64,000 nt of DNA, taken from NCBI GenBank assembly GCA_050951325.1, contig JBMNIW010000007.1, forward strand, positions 42,113-106,112. Direction: 5' to 3'. Of the stretch, positions 10,801 through 26,057 are shown in pieces. This stretch comes from Clostridia bacterium (GTDB taxonomy: Bacteria; Bacillota; Clostridia; UBA1212; DUPL01). The first letter of the stretch is position 1, and the number at the start of each line of letters is the position of its first letter. Both the position numbers and the translations under genes were made by a program. The notes beneath the pieces are model-generated. The model worked only from the letters and a program-made list of their open reading frames with translations. It had not been told where the DNA came from and searched no databases.

Positions 10801-11192
10801 ACAAGCATTTGAGCATGCTTTCTATACACCCATTCATCCTGGTTTTCGTAATAGCCGAAATATGGTTTTGCCCAAATATCTATGCCGTCTCTTACAAGGG
10901 CTTCCCAAACGCCTTCCTTGCCACTTGACTGGTAGATAAAACTCTTGTCGTTTAACCGTCTTCCTGCATAAGACGTGTCCATGAAAAGAAAATAGAAGAT
11001 GCCTACGTACTTTTCCTTTTTCTTTTTACCTGCTTCCTTTTGTGTTGCCACTTTTCGCCCAAGACCGTCTGTTGCTACCCATGTTTTAGTAACACCCGAA
11101 AGATCGGATTGTGTTTTCGCCTGTCCCGAAACACCAAATGCGGGTATGGAATATATGAGAATAAACATAAAAGCAAAAATTTTTCTTAACAT
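7812..11192 (-). CDS. Secreted GH99/GH71-like hydrolase fused via two TM helices to an ABC sugar-binding domain
   Basis: Signal peptide; YVGIFYFL, RKHAQMLVAAGVDF, VTGWNEF, SRDIEP; two hydrophobic helices; then SBP-like VPFNYD...WTYEDF...SVEGQK. Confidence 0.7.
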   Translation of the reverse strand: MLRKIFAFMFILIYSIPAFGVSGQAKTQSDLSGVTKTWVATDGLGRKVATQKEAGKKKKEKYVGIFYFLFMDTSYAGRRLNDKSFIYQSSGKEGVWEALVRDGIDIWAKPYFGYYENQDEWVYRKHAQMLVAAGVDFVFLDITNPNMYQSAWKTLFRVWQGIRDEGGVTPQIVFHCGDAPERMQSHLGVLWSEIYAPGKYKNLWFMWEGKPLIFGNPKNISGEQKDFFTIKRSWAFNTWTEDDGGVDRWPWIAEWPQVPGKNKSGEIEQVAVSAGFHASTSRGRSFVQGEQISNGKKDFGYSLEETKYGLAFKEQWERALELDPKVIMVTGWNEFTNGGSEVTSNTPSWPVAGTYSTVVGDLQFGKVFVDCFSVEFSRDIEPIDGFFGDNFYYQLCHYIRLFKGMDELPLGEGSHDMGLSVDLDKWGKVQPEFRDITHDITHRNHRSVTGTYHYTNDTGRNDIEYAKVSKLDDKTYFFVSCVNDIVFDDGENWMNLFLDVDQNHETGWEGYDYIINRSRDDKYATIERFAGGGWEFEEVGKAEYKVEGNRMVICVPNNLVGLEKRDNFDFKWADNSTTEGDVMQFMDLGDAAPDSRFNFRYVKKDGNIVEKEETRASKINYGVIGALGIGVVALVAIAVVLLKMQQKGIIISAVILLVAIAAIASSLHFFGRKREPEEGGENVIEETEASKRKTITLVVREDISPDADMDKLKETLVEFIDAFKKENKGVGVRVEFVKDFPAKLSGDVVLIPADSALEYMRDPKYYGKEKGPQFADLEKHGIKGEKMVESALSLGKVGTSLQWVPFNYDRAVVLCDLNVFEELGVKVPDSNWTYEDFVETVEALTQKKNSKSYTGVYLPYHQAFVWMQFVRGFGGEWFDEDNLDLVLTQGKSFEGLSSMFMLLNRGYAQANGFDAKNSLNAKCGMSFAFASQPDRNGMYFLSEEELMRNPANYAEELAKDNNLLILPLPKFPEGDVGASNTDFIHGFAMVDSSKKKNLAAKLIGFSQSVEGQKILNKYYGGIPSNVDAQKEDFWKVGVFASQANAENALMGIEHDRRDDFFEALHDSKDLFEENIRLRAMFSRVLFRDLERLNNKGTKDRVGDAVVDALKQLERQSSITIKLAERR

Positions 11193-11311
11193 GAGCTACT
11201 CCTTTCCTGTAATAAATGTTAATATAGTATATCATAAATATTAATTGCGCAGGCTAATGAATTAAATGATAAAATATAATATAATTGTTAAAAAGGCATA
11301 TGGAGGTTAAA

Positions 11312-13297
11312 ATGAACGCAAGAAGAATACTGTGCTCCCTTGTGCTTGTGGCATTAAGCCTGGCCATTATGGGTGTTTCCGGCATGGAAGAGGATTACAA
11401 TATTGAACTTGTAAAACCAGATACATGGGTGGCAACCGATGGCCTTGGCAGAACCTTGTCAGGCTACAAGCAGGTGGGCCCAGAGAGGAAAGACAGGTAT
11501 GTAGGAATGTTCTACTGGACCTGGCACGCTTCCCACGCAGAAGACAACTTGCCAAGAAATGTACAGCAAATACTTGACTCACTGGATCCTGACGAAGCTC
11601 AAAAAGCCCAAAACGACTATCACCATCCAGTTTGGGCGGACTATACGGGCTACCATTTCTGGAACGAGCCCATTTTTGGTTACTACTCCACCACGGACAA
11701 GTACGTTCTAAGAAAACATGCCGAAATGCTGGCAGACGCAGGAGTGGATGTAATATTCTTTGACTGCACAAATGCCGCCCACCTGTGGAGAGAGTCATAC
11801 ATGGCTCTTCTTGAAACTTTCTCGGAAGCAAGGAAACAGGGAGTAAAAACACCTCAAATATCTTTTATGCTGAACTTCGGACCAATGCCCTCAACCACAA
11901 TTATGCTGGAGAAATTGTACGAAGATTTATACAAGGACGGCAAATACAAGGACTTGTGGTTTTACTGGGATGGAAAACCTTTAATAATGGCCCATCCAGA
12001 CGGACTGCATCCATTTTCGGATAACCACAATGAAATATTGGAGTTCTTCACTTTCAGACGCAACGAAGCCTCGTATTTCACCAGGGCTTACGGCATGGGA
12101 TACTGGGGCTGGCTCTCCATATATCCACAAGGCAAATTCGGCGTTGACAACGACGGCAATGTGGAGCAAATGACTGTTGGAGTTGCTCAGAATGCAACAG
12201 AGGAGTTCCTCACTGCCATGAATGGCAAAAACGTCCTTGGAAGAAGCTATACTTCTGGTGACTACTATTACACATATAAATACAAGAATAAGAAAATAAA
12301 AGTTGACAAGAATATCGAAAACTCAAAACTCTACGGGCTTAATTTCCAACAACAGTGGGATTACGCCATCAAAAACGACCCTGAATTCATATTCGTCACT
12401 GGCTGGAATGAATGGGTTGCTTTAAGATTTTCAGAGTGGCAGGGTGTTGAAAACGCATTCCCGGATCAGTTTAACGATGAGTATTCAAGAGATATAGAGC
12501 CATCAAAAGGAGACTTGAAAGACCACTACTATTATCAACTGGTGGAAAACATACGTAGATTCAAAGGTGTAAGCAAGCCTGAAAAGCTTAACGCAAAGAA
12601 AACGATAGACATATTCGGCTCTCTTGACCAGTGGGACGAAATAACTCCATTCTACCACTACACCCAAAACACATGGGACAGAGACCACAATGGATATAAA
12701 GGCACACATTACACAAACAAAACGATGAGGAATGACATAAGGGTGGCAAAAGTAAGTTTTGATAGAAAGAACATATACTTTTACGTGGAAACCGTCGACA
12801 AACTTACTTCCCATAAGGACCGCGGCTGGATGAGGCTTTTTATCGACACCAGGAAGGCAACGAAAAACTCAAAAGACTGGGAAGAGATTGAGTATGTGGT
12901 TAACAGAATCAACCCGACAGACCAAGTGGCGTATGTTGAAAAAAGCAAAGGCGGTTGGAATTGGGAGGTCGTTGCAGAAGTTAAATACTCTGTAAAGGAT
13001 AATGTACTGCAACTAGAGATACCTAGAAAAGTTCTTGGTCTTAATTCTTTAGGGGATCCTGTTTTTAACTTCAAGTGGGCGGATAACAACTGTCTGAATG
13101 GGGACATCTTTACCTTTTACACAGACGGAGATGCCGCTCCCGGTGGAAGGTTCATGTTCCACTTCAATACAAACCAGGGATTAAGTACAATTGCCACAGC
13201 AATAATTACCATATCAGTTCTTGCTGTTGCAATTGTTTCAACACTGCTCACAACTAGAAAAAAAAGAAAAGAAAGGAGTCATAAAAGTGAGTTTTAG
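11312..13297 (+). CDS. Secreted GH99/GH71-like hydrolase with C-terminal membrane anchor
   Basis: Paralog motifs YVGMFYW, RKHAEMLADAGVD, VTGWNEW, SRDIEP; C-terminal TM helix and basic tail; ATG after GGAGG. Confidence 0.7.
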   Translation: MNARRILCSLVLVALSLAIMGVSGMEEDYNIELVKPDTWVATDGLGRTLSGYKQVGPERKDRYVGMFYWTWHASHAEDNLPRNVQQILDSLDPDEAQKAQNDYHHPVWADYTGYHFWNEPIFGYYSTTDKYVLRKHAEMLADAGVDVIFFDCTNAAHLWRESYMALLETFSEARKQGVKTPQISFMLNFGPMPSTTIMLEKLYEDLYKDGKYKDLWFYWDGKPLIMAHPDGLHPFSDNHNEILEFFTFRRNEASYFTRAYGMGYWGWLSIYPQGKFGVDNDGNVEQMTVGVAQNATEEFLTAMNGKNVLGRSYTSGDYYYTYKYKNKKIKVDKNIENSKLYGLNFQQQWDYAIKNDPEFIFVTGWNEWVALRFSEWQGVENAFPDQFNDEYSRDIEPSKGDLKDHYYYQLVENIRRFKGVSKPEKLNAKKTIDIFGSLDQWDEITPFYHYTQNTWDRDHNGYKGTHYTNKTMRNDIRVAKVSFDRKNIYFYVETVDKLTSHKDRGWMRLFIDTRKATKNSKDWEEIEYVVNRINPTDQVAYVEKSKGGWNWEVVAEVKYSVKDNVLQLEIPRKVLGLNSLGDPVFNFKWADNNCLNGDIFTFYTDGDAAPGGRFMFHFNTNQGLSTIATAIITISVLAVAIVSTLLTTRKKRKERSHKSEF

Positions 13298-15089
13298 GAA
13301 ATTTACCACATTGTTATCATGCCTTTTACTCCCTTTAAGCATAACGGCAGGATGTACAAATGTATTGAAAAAAACCGTGGATGCCTATAGTGTAAATGAA
13401 GGCAGAAACTTTAACTACTTATGCGGAGTAGACCAATTCGGGAGGATTTTTGAACCTGTTACAGGCATGAATGAAGAAAAACATGTAGGCATGTTCTATT
13501 TTTTATGGCATGGCGAATCAGGAGTCACAACGCATAATATTACTCAGCTTCTTAAAGAAGATCCGGATGCTTTGTTTGATGTAAAAGGCTCGAGCAAAAG
13601 CCCATTGAATGCTTTCCACTACTGGGACGAACCCATATTTGGCTATTACCGTTCGGATGACAAATGGGTAATTGCAAGACACTGCGAGCTTCTTTCACAA
13701 GCAGGTATTGATTTTCTTGTGTTCGACACCACCAACGCCTTTATTTACGAGAAATCCTACACTGCCCTTCTGGAAGTATTCTCAGAATACCAGGAAAGAG
13801 GCTGGAATGTACCCAAAATCGCATTTTACACCAATTCCATGTCCATTAGGACCATGAACCAATTGTACGAAAAACTCTACAGCAAAGGCCTTTACAAAGA
13901 ACTTTGGTACTGTCCGGACGGTGAAAGACCCCTAATCATTGGCGCATTAAATGCAGAACATGACAAGAAGATATATAACAATCCAAGTTACAACCCACCA
14001 GAGCTGACAGAAGAGTTTTTAAACTTCTTTGATTTAAGAAGTACGCAGTGGCCCTTTGACCCATTCATACCTGACGGATTCCCCTGGATGGAGTGGCTGT
14101 ATCCACAACCAAATCACAACGGTATTATGAATGTTTCTCTTGCCCAGCATCCGCAACTCCCCTTCAGCAACTCCTACTTCAACAGAAACCTTAACAAGGG
14201 AAGAGGATACGACTTTGATAAAAAGGAAAACATTGAATCCGAATATGCAAAAGGATTAAATGCCCAGTATCAGTGGAATACAGTGCACAAGAACGCAAAA
14301 GACGTTCATACAGTATTTGTAACCGGGTGGAACGAATGGATTGCTCAAAAGCTTAATTTGAGCGGAGCTATTGGTTTTGTCGACTGCTTCAATGAAGAGT
14401 TTTCAAGAGATATAGAACCTTCAAAGAACGGAACGTATCAGGATGCATTTATCATCCAACTTATTCAGAACGTACGCAAGTTTAAAGGGTTGAATGAGAA
14501 ATTCAAAGCTCCTGACAAGGCAACCATAGATATTAAAGGCGATGTATCCCAGTGGGATAAAATAAGGAATACGTATATTAATATTTCTGAGACAGAAACA
14601 GGAAGAGACAGTAATTCAGTTGACTTCAAGTACAAGTATGTACAGGAAAAACCAAGGAATATTATAAAAGAGGTGAAAATCACCCACGACAAGAATAATG
14701 CATACATCATGATAAAATGCGTAGACGATATAATAAGTGATACGGACGAAAACTGGATGAATGTCTTTATTGGCACCAATGATGTGAAACTGCAGGGTTG
14801 GGAATGCTACAACTATGTTATTGGAAGAAGTGTTGATGGAGACAAAATCGCCCTTAACACACTTGATGAAAACGGCAGCGCAACCAAGGTTGCTGATGCA
14901 AGGTTTTCAATAAAGGGCGATGTCATGCAGATTGAAGTAAAACTTAAGGATCTTGGTCTTAAGACAAAAGACAAAGGCTTTTACTTCAAGGTAGCAGATG
15001 GCGTTGAGAACTATGAAGACATTATGGACTACTATGTAACAGGCGAAAGCTTCCCAATGGGCCGTCTAAGCTATTACTACTACTTCTAA
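13287..15089 (+). CDS. GH99/GH71-like hydrolase, lipoprotein
   Basis: GTG after AGGAG; lipobox ITAGC; same motifs (VGMFYFLW, VTGWNEW, SRDIEP). Confidence 0.7.
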   Translation: MSFRKFTTLLSCLLLPLSITAGCTNVLKKTVDAYSVNEGRNFNYLCGVDQFGRIFEPVTGMNEEKHVGMFYFLWHGESGVTTHNITQLLKEDPDALFDVKGSSKSPLNAFHYWDEPIFGYYRSDDKWVIARHCELLSQAGIDFLVFDTTNAFIYEKSYTALLEVFSEYQERGWNVPKIAFYTNSMSIRTMNQLYEKLYSKGLYKELWYCPDGERPLIIGALNAEHDKKIYNNPSYNPPELTEEFLNFFDLRSTQWPFDPFIPDGFPWMEWLYPQPNHNGIMNVSLAQHPQLPFSNSYFNRNLNKGRGYDFDKKENIESEYAKGLNAQYQWNTVHKNAKDVHTVFVTGWNEWIAQKLNLSGAIGFVDCFNEEFSRDIEPSKNGTYQDAFIIQLIQNVRKFKGLNEKFKAPDKATIDIKGDVSQWDKIRNTYINISETETGRDSNSVDFKYKYVQEKPRNIIKEVKITHDKNNAYIMIKCVDDIISDTDENWMNVFIGTNDVKLQGWECYNYVIGRSVDGDKIALNTLDENGSATKVADARFSIKGDVMQIEVKLKDLGLKTKDKGFYFKVADGVENYEDIMDYYVTGESFPMGRLSYYYYF

Positions 15090-15101
15090 TGATTATCATT
15101 G

Positions 15102-15133
15102 ACAAATTCCACACAGTAATGTGTGGAATCTGT
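15102..15133. terminator. Hairpin between convergent genes
   Basis: ATTCCACACA-GTAA-TGTGTGGAAT inverted repeat. Confidence 0.6.
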
Positions 15134-15145
15134 TGTTAAGAATAT

Positions 15146-16564
15146 TCAATAAGGTAATTCTACTCCATTTAATAATTGCCGGTAAGTGTATGTACATAAA
15201 TAAGTTGATTCTCCACCTGAGTTATATATATCAATTCTATATACATCAATACCATTCTCATTTAATACAGCTCTTAGATCATGACTCCAACTAACAAAGT
15301 CCTGCCATTTATTATCTCTGAAGCTATAGATTTTAAACTTGCAGCATCTGTAACCCTGTCCGAATGATTCTCCTGCATATGCAAAATATCTTTCACCCTC
15401 ATACTCAAACTCTTTAAAATGACTTTCATCATTCTCTTCAAAATGATACTTTCCAACTAACTTATATTCATCATCAAAAGCAGCGAAGTACATACTTTCC
15501 TGACCCGTAGCATGAGGAGAAAATCTTTTCACAAGCATTATATTATTACCATATTTGTCTTTTCTGTAGTAATCTACTATAAATTCAGAATTCATATATG
15601 GGTTATAGTATACAATGTTTCCATAATAATCTTGCCATAATGTCATATATGGTTCAATATCTACTCCTCCTGTTTCATAACGGCTTGGATTATCAGAATA
15701 TTTTGTATTTAAAATGCTTTCAATCCCCCAATATTCTTCATCCCTTATTGGAAACCTAGATTCTAAGACTATCTCTTCATTATGATCTAAAAGATGCACA
15801 TAACATATATCAATAGTGTTCTTTTTTTCAACTATAAACTTAAGGTTATAAACATTCTTTGTTAACCCAGTAAAAGTTAACGGCCACTTTTCCCACTTGC
15901 CCGTTTTGGTTAAATACCAGATGCTTATTGATTCCTGAGTGCCGGGTGGTACTGTTTTTAACATATCGTCATAGTTATCCGATGCACCTATTAATCCAAT
16001 ATAGTAAGTTCTACACCATTCTATTCCATCATATGTCTTTCTATCATAGTTACCCTTTGATATCCATAGCGTTAATTCTTCAGTACCTTCTACCGGATTA
16101 TCGTTTTCATCATATAGTGTAAACCTAAGTTTAACTATAGGGGCATCCGTCAACTCAGCAATACAGACTAACGATGTAGCGCCATTTGAATATACGACGG
16201 TTTTCGCAGTGTCGTCTTTTACATCAGGAGTAGCTGTTGGAGTAGGAGTTGTAGTTGGAGTTGGTGTAGGTTTTATTTCTCCACTAAAGTATTTGATTAT
16301 ATCATCTTTATATATTCCAAAGGCTATAATTGCAGATATTATCATAACAGCAGCTATCACAGCTACATTTCTGTATATCGTTATATTACTTCTTTTTATG
16401 ATTGATACAGGTTCACTTTTCTCAACAGTTATAAAGTCGTCTTGATCGCTCTTATTTTTTATATATTCTTCTACAAGAGCATGAGTATCATCTATAGTCT
16501 TTTGGCTTGGTACTAATTTTTCTAACGGTTTTAAATAATCACGTATTTCATTATCGGTTATCAT
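15146..16564 (-). CDS. Putative membrane anti-sigma factor with large extracellular domain
   Basis: 4-bp overlap with the ECF sigma gene; short N-terminal region, one TM helix, PT linker, large C-terminal domain. Confidence 0.6.
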   Translation of the reverse strand: MITDNEIRDYLKPLEKLVPSQKTIDDTHALVEEYIKNKSDQDDFITVEKSEPVSIIKRSNITIYRNVAVIAAVMIISAIIAFGIYKDDIIKYFSGEIKPTPTPTTTPTPTATPDVKDDTAKTVVYSNGATSLVCIAELTDAPIVKLRFTLYDENDNPVEGTEELTLWISKGNYDRKTYDGIEWCRTYYIGLIGASDNYDDMLKTVPPGTQESISIWYLTKTGKWEKWPLTFTGLTKNVYNLKFIVEKKNTIDICYVHLLDHNEEIVLESRFPIRDEEYWGIESILNTKYSDNPSRYETGGVDIEPYMTLWQDYYGNIVYYNPYMNSEFIVDYYRKDKYGNNIMLVKRFSPHATGQESMYFAAFDDEYKLVGKYHFEENDESHFKEFEYEGERYFAYAGESFGQGYRCCKFKIYSFRDNKWQDFVSWSHDLRAVLNENGIDVYRIDIYNSGGESTYLCTYTYRQLLNGVELPY

Positions 16565-17064
16565 TTACTATACCTCCCATCTTTAGTTAAAATCTCAGAA
16601 AGTTCGCTGCGAGCTCTTCTAAGCCATGTGTTTATTGTACTTTTTGTTTTGTTCATCATATTTGCTATCTCTTGTATTGTGTACTCTTCATAGTAGTAGA
16701 GATATAAAATTAAACTATAATTTTTACGTAAGCTATATAGGGCATTTAGCAAGTCAATGTATTCATCACTTATTCCATCTCCATTGTTAATTACCACTCC
16801 TTCTATAGGTACAATTTTATGTCTTATATTATTACGGTAATAATCTCTGCATAAGTTTATCGTTACAGTAATCAACCATGCTTTTATATGTTCTTCATCA
16901 TTAAAGGTTTTTTCTGTTTCAAGTAGTTTTATGAAAGCCTCTTGAACTATATCCTCTGCAGCTTCTTTGTTTTTTACATTTTGAAAAGATATACGATATA
17001 TCATTGAGATGTTGTTATCTATAATTTTATGTATCTGAGCTTTTAGTTCCTCTTTTGTATACAT
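16561..17064 (-). CDS. ECF RNA polymerase sigma factor
   Basis: AEDIVQEAFIKL, KAWLITVTINLCRD and region 4 IQEIANMM...LRRAR. Confidence 0.92.
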   Translation of the reverse strand: MYTKEELKAQIHKIIDNNISMIYRISFQNVKNKEAAEDIVQEAFIKLLETEKTFNDEEHIKAWLITVTINLCRDYYRNNIRHKIVPIEGVVINNGDGISDEYIDLLNALYSLRKNYSLILYLYYYEEYTIQEIANMMNKTKSTINTWLRRARSELSEILTKDGRYSK

Positions 17065-17180
17065 TCCTTTCCTCCTACTGTATTACATATATAACACGCA
17101 CAAACATAGTAAATGTACTCAAATATATCAAAAATATCTGAGTACATTTTAACAGGTATATGTAATTTAGGAAATAGCGA

Positions 17181-18404
17181 TTAATATATTGAAAATGCTA
17201 TATTAGGATTACCTTCTGCTTTTAATATTCTTAAGCGAATCCTTTTTATATACATAGGGGATATTCTATCTATCTTCTTATGGCCGACTGCAGTTCCATG
17301 AGCTAATTCTACCCAAGAGCCATCGTCTTCTGACTCAACTATGTATTCTTTTACTAGCTCACCCTCCGATATATCTTCCATAAGCACTATGTGGGATATT
17401 TCAGTAGATTCTTCTAGGTATATTTCAAGCTCTTCTCCTCTTCCTTGTGTTTCACCTAAAGTATTTGAAAAGGTTTTCTCAATCCATTCTCCGAACTCTT
17501 TTACCCTTAAGGTATCACATTCAGGAAGTAAGCCCCTGTTATCGGGTGCTACATTCAGTAGAAGATTTGCTCCGTGACCAACTGAGTGATAATATATGTT
17601 TTTCAGTTCATCTAAAGATAGTAGGCTAGCTTCATCCTCAGGATGCCAGAACCAATGCAACTTTCTGATAGGTACGTCACATTCAGCAGGTACCCAGTCC
17701 CGAGTTTCAGGTAACCAGGTAAGCATATCATTTGTAACCATAGTTTTTTTAGCTTCTTTTACTGTATTCCAGCAGGGGTATGGCGCAGTTCCTTCTTCAT
17801 TGCCTACCCATCTTATTGTTGGTATTCCCATATTGAATATCATTGCATCAGGCTGATATTTATTTACTATTCCAATAATTCTTCTCCAATCATATTCACG
17901 TCCATTAGAGCCAGCCCCATCAAACCATAATTCAAATAACTCACCATATCCGGTGACCAATTCAGTTAATTGCTTTACATAAAACTCATCATATGCCTCT
18001 TTATCTGAATAACAAGGTTCATGTCTATCCCATGGAGATAGGTATACGCCAAAATGCATTCCTAGCTCTCGACAGGCTTTTGCACATTCTGCTACAACAT
18101 CACCCTTTCCTTCTTTCCAGGGACTTGATTTTACTGAGTAGGATGTAGTATCTGTTTGCCATAAACAAAAACCATCATGATGCTTTGCTGTCAGTATAAA
18201 ATACTTAAATCCGGCCTCTTTTGCAGTTTTTATCCACTCATAGGCATTAAGTTGCTGCGGATTGAACAAGGTTGGTGAGTCTTCACCTTCTCCCCATTCT
18301 CGGTTACAAAATGTGTTAAGTCCGAAATGACAAAACATTCCCATTTCTAAGTCCTGCCATCTCTTTTGAGCTTCTGTTGGCTTTGCTAATTCACTTTGCT
18401 TCAT
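17181..18404 (-). CDS. Alpha-L-fucosidase, GH29
   Basis: GMFCHFG, TAKHHDGFCLW, YLSPWDRH, WFDGA, SVGHGANLLLN. Confidence 0.92.
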   Translation of the reverse strand: MKQSELAKPTEAQKRWQDLEMGMFCHFGLNTFCNREWGEGEDSPTLFNPQQLNAYEWIKTAKEAGFKYFILTAKHHDGFCLWQTDTTSYSVKSSPWKEGKGDVVAECAKACRELGMHFGVYLSPWDRHEPCYSDKEAYDEFYVKQLTELVTGYGELFELWFDGAGSNGREYDWRRIIGIVNKYQPDAMIFNMGIPTIRWVGNEEGTAPYPCWNTVKEAKKTMVTNDMLTWLPETRDWVPAECDVPIRKLHWFWHPEDEASLLSLDELKNIYYHSVGHGANLLLNVAPDNRGLLPECDTLRVKEFGEWIEKTFSNTLGETQGRGEELEIYLEESTEISHIVLMEDISEGELVKEYIVESEDDGSWVELAHGTAVGHKKIDRISPMYIKRIRLRILKAEGNPNIAFSIY

Positions 18405-18415
18405 AGTACCTCCTC

Positions 18416-19366
18416 TTATCCTCTTCGCATACATGAGTTTAGTTCTTTTTCTAACTCCTCAAGCGTACATTTATTTTTTATGTAACATTGATTTCCATCC
18501 ATACAATATTCAAATGTGTTAGAACCATCTTCTTTTATAAACGCCTTACCATTGTTTGATATGCTATAGTATTCTCCTTCTCCTTCAAACGCAAAATGTA
18601 CTGCAGTTAAATCCCAACAATTATTTTCTCTTGGTTTTTCAGGCCATCTTCCGTTTATGTACAGGTTGTATGAATGATATACAGGGTTGCTCTGCCAGTT
18701 CCCTGGTATATAACCATTGAAACCTGTCTTAAATCGTTTACCGAACTCATGACCTGAGTAAAACACAGGTACAGGACAGTTATCAAAAACACCCTTTGCT
18801 GCAGCTACAGCCATTTTCACATTCCAATCAAGTCCTTCAGGAAATTCACAGGCTACTGATACTATTGAATATACTTTCTTTTTAACAAGCTCTCGTCCTG
18901 TTAAATCTGAGTAGGAGTCCGCTTTACTTTCAAATAGATCATACAAAGTAGTAAGTGGTCCTATGGTGATAATTATAGTGCTGTTATCCTCTGCATTTGC
19001 GAGTATTTTTCTGTAGAGCTCAACTGCGCCATACACCTTGAGAGTTTTACTCATATATCTCTCAGAGAAATGTTCTGACAAAAATTTATTATAAAAGATG
19101 CTTTCTGCTAAAAAGTCTTTCTTCTCATACTGTCCTACAGGTACATCTGGGTAACCGCAGAAACAGCTAAGTGCATCTATTGCGCCTGAACCATAATCAT
19201 TTGATGTACAGTTTATAATACCAGCCACTGGTATATTATATCGCTCCGCAAGTGTGTACAGCGTTGCGATAGCACCTACGTCATCTACATCAGGTCCTAT
19301 ATCTGTATCTAATATTACACTCCTTCTATAATCTTTTAATGGTTGAAATTTAATATCATTTGTCAT
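18416..19366 (-). CDS. Nucleoside hydrolase family protein
   Basis: ILDTDIGPDVDD, IGPLTTL, WD motifs. Confidence 0.8.
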   Translation of the reverse strand: MTNDIKFQPLKDYRRSVILDTDIGPDVDDVGAIATLYTLAERYNIPVAGIINCTSNDYGSGAIDALSCFCGYPDVPVGQYEKKDFLAESIFYNKFLSEHFSERYMSKTLKVYGAVELYRKILANAEDNSTIIITIGPLTTLYDLFESKADSYSDLTGRELVKKKVYSIVSVACEFPEGLDWNVKMAVAAAKGVFDNCPVPVFYSGHEFGKRFKTGFNGYIPGNWQSNPVYHSYNLYINGRWPEKPRENNCWDLTAVHFAFEGEGEYYSISNNGKAFIKEDGSNTFEYCMDGNQCYIKNKCTLEELEKELNSCMRRG

Positions 19367-19376
19367 AATGCACCTC

Positions 19377-26038
<6,662 letters not shown>

Positions 26039-26057
26039 TTTTATATTCCTTTGCTAT

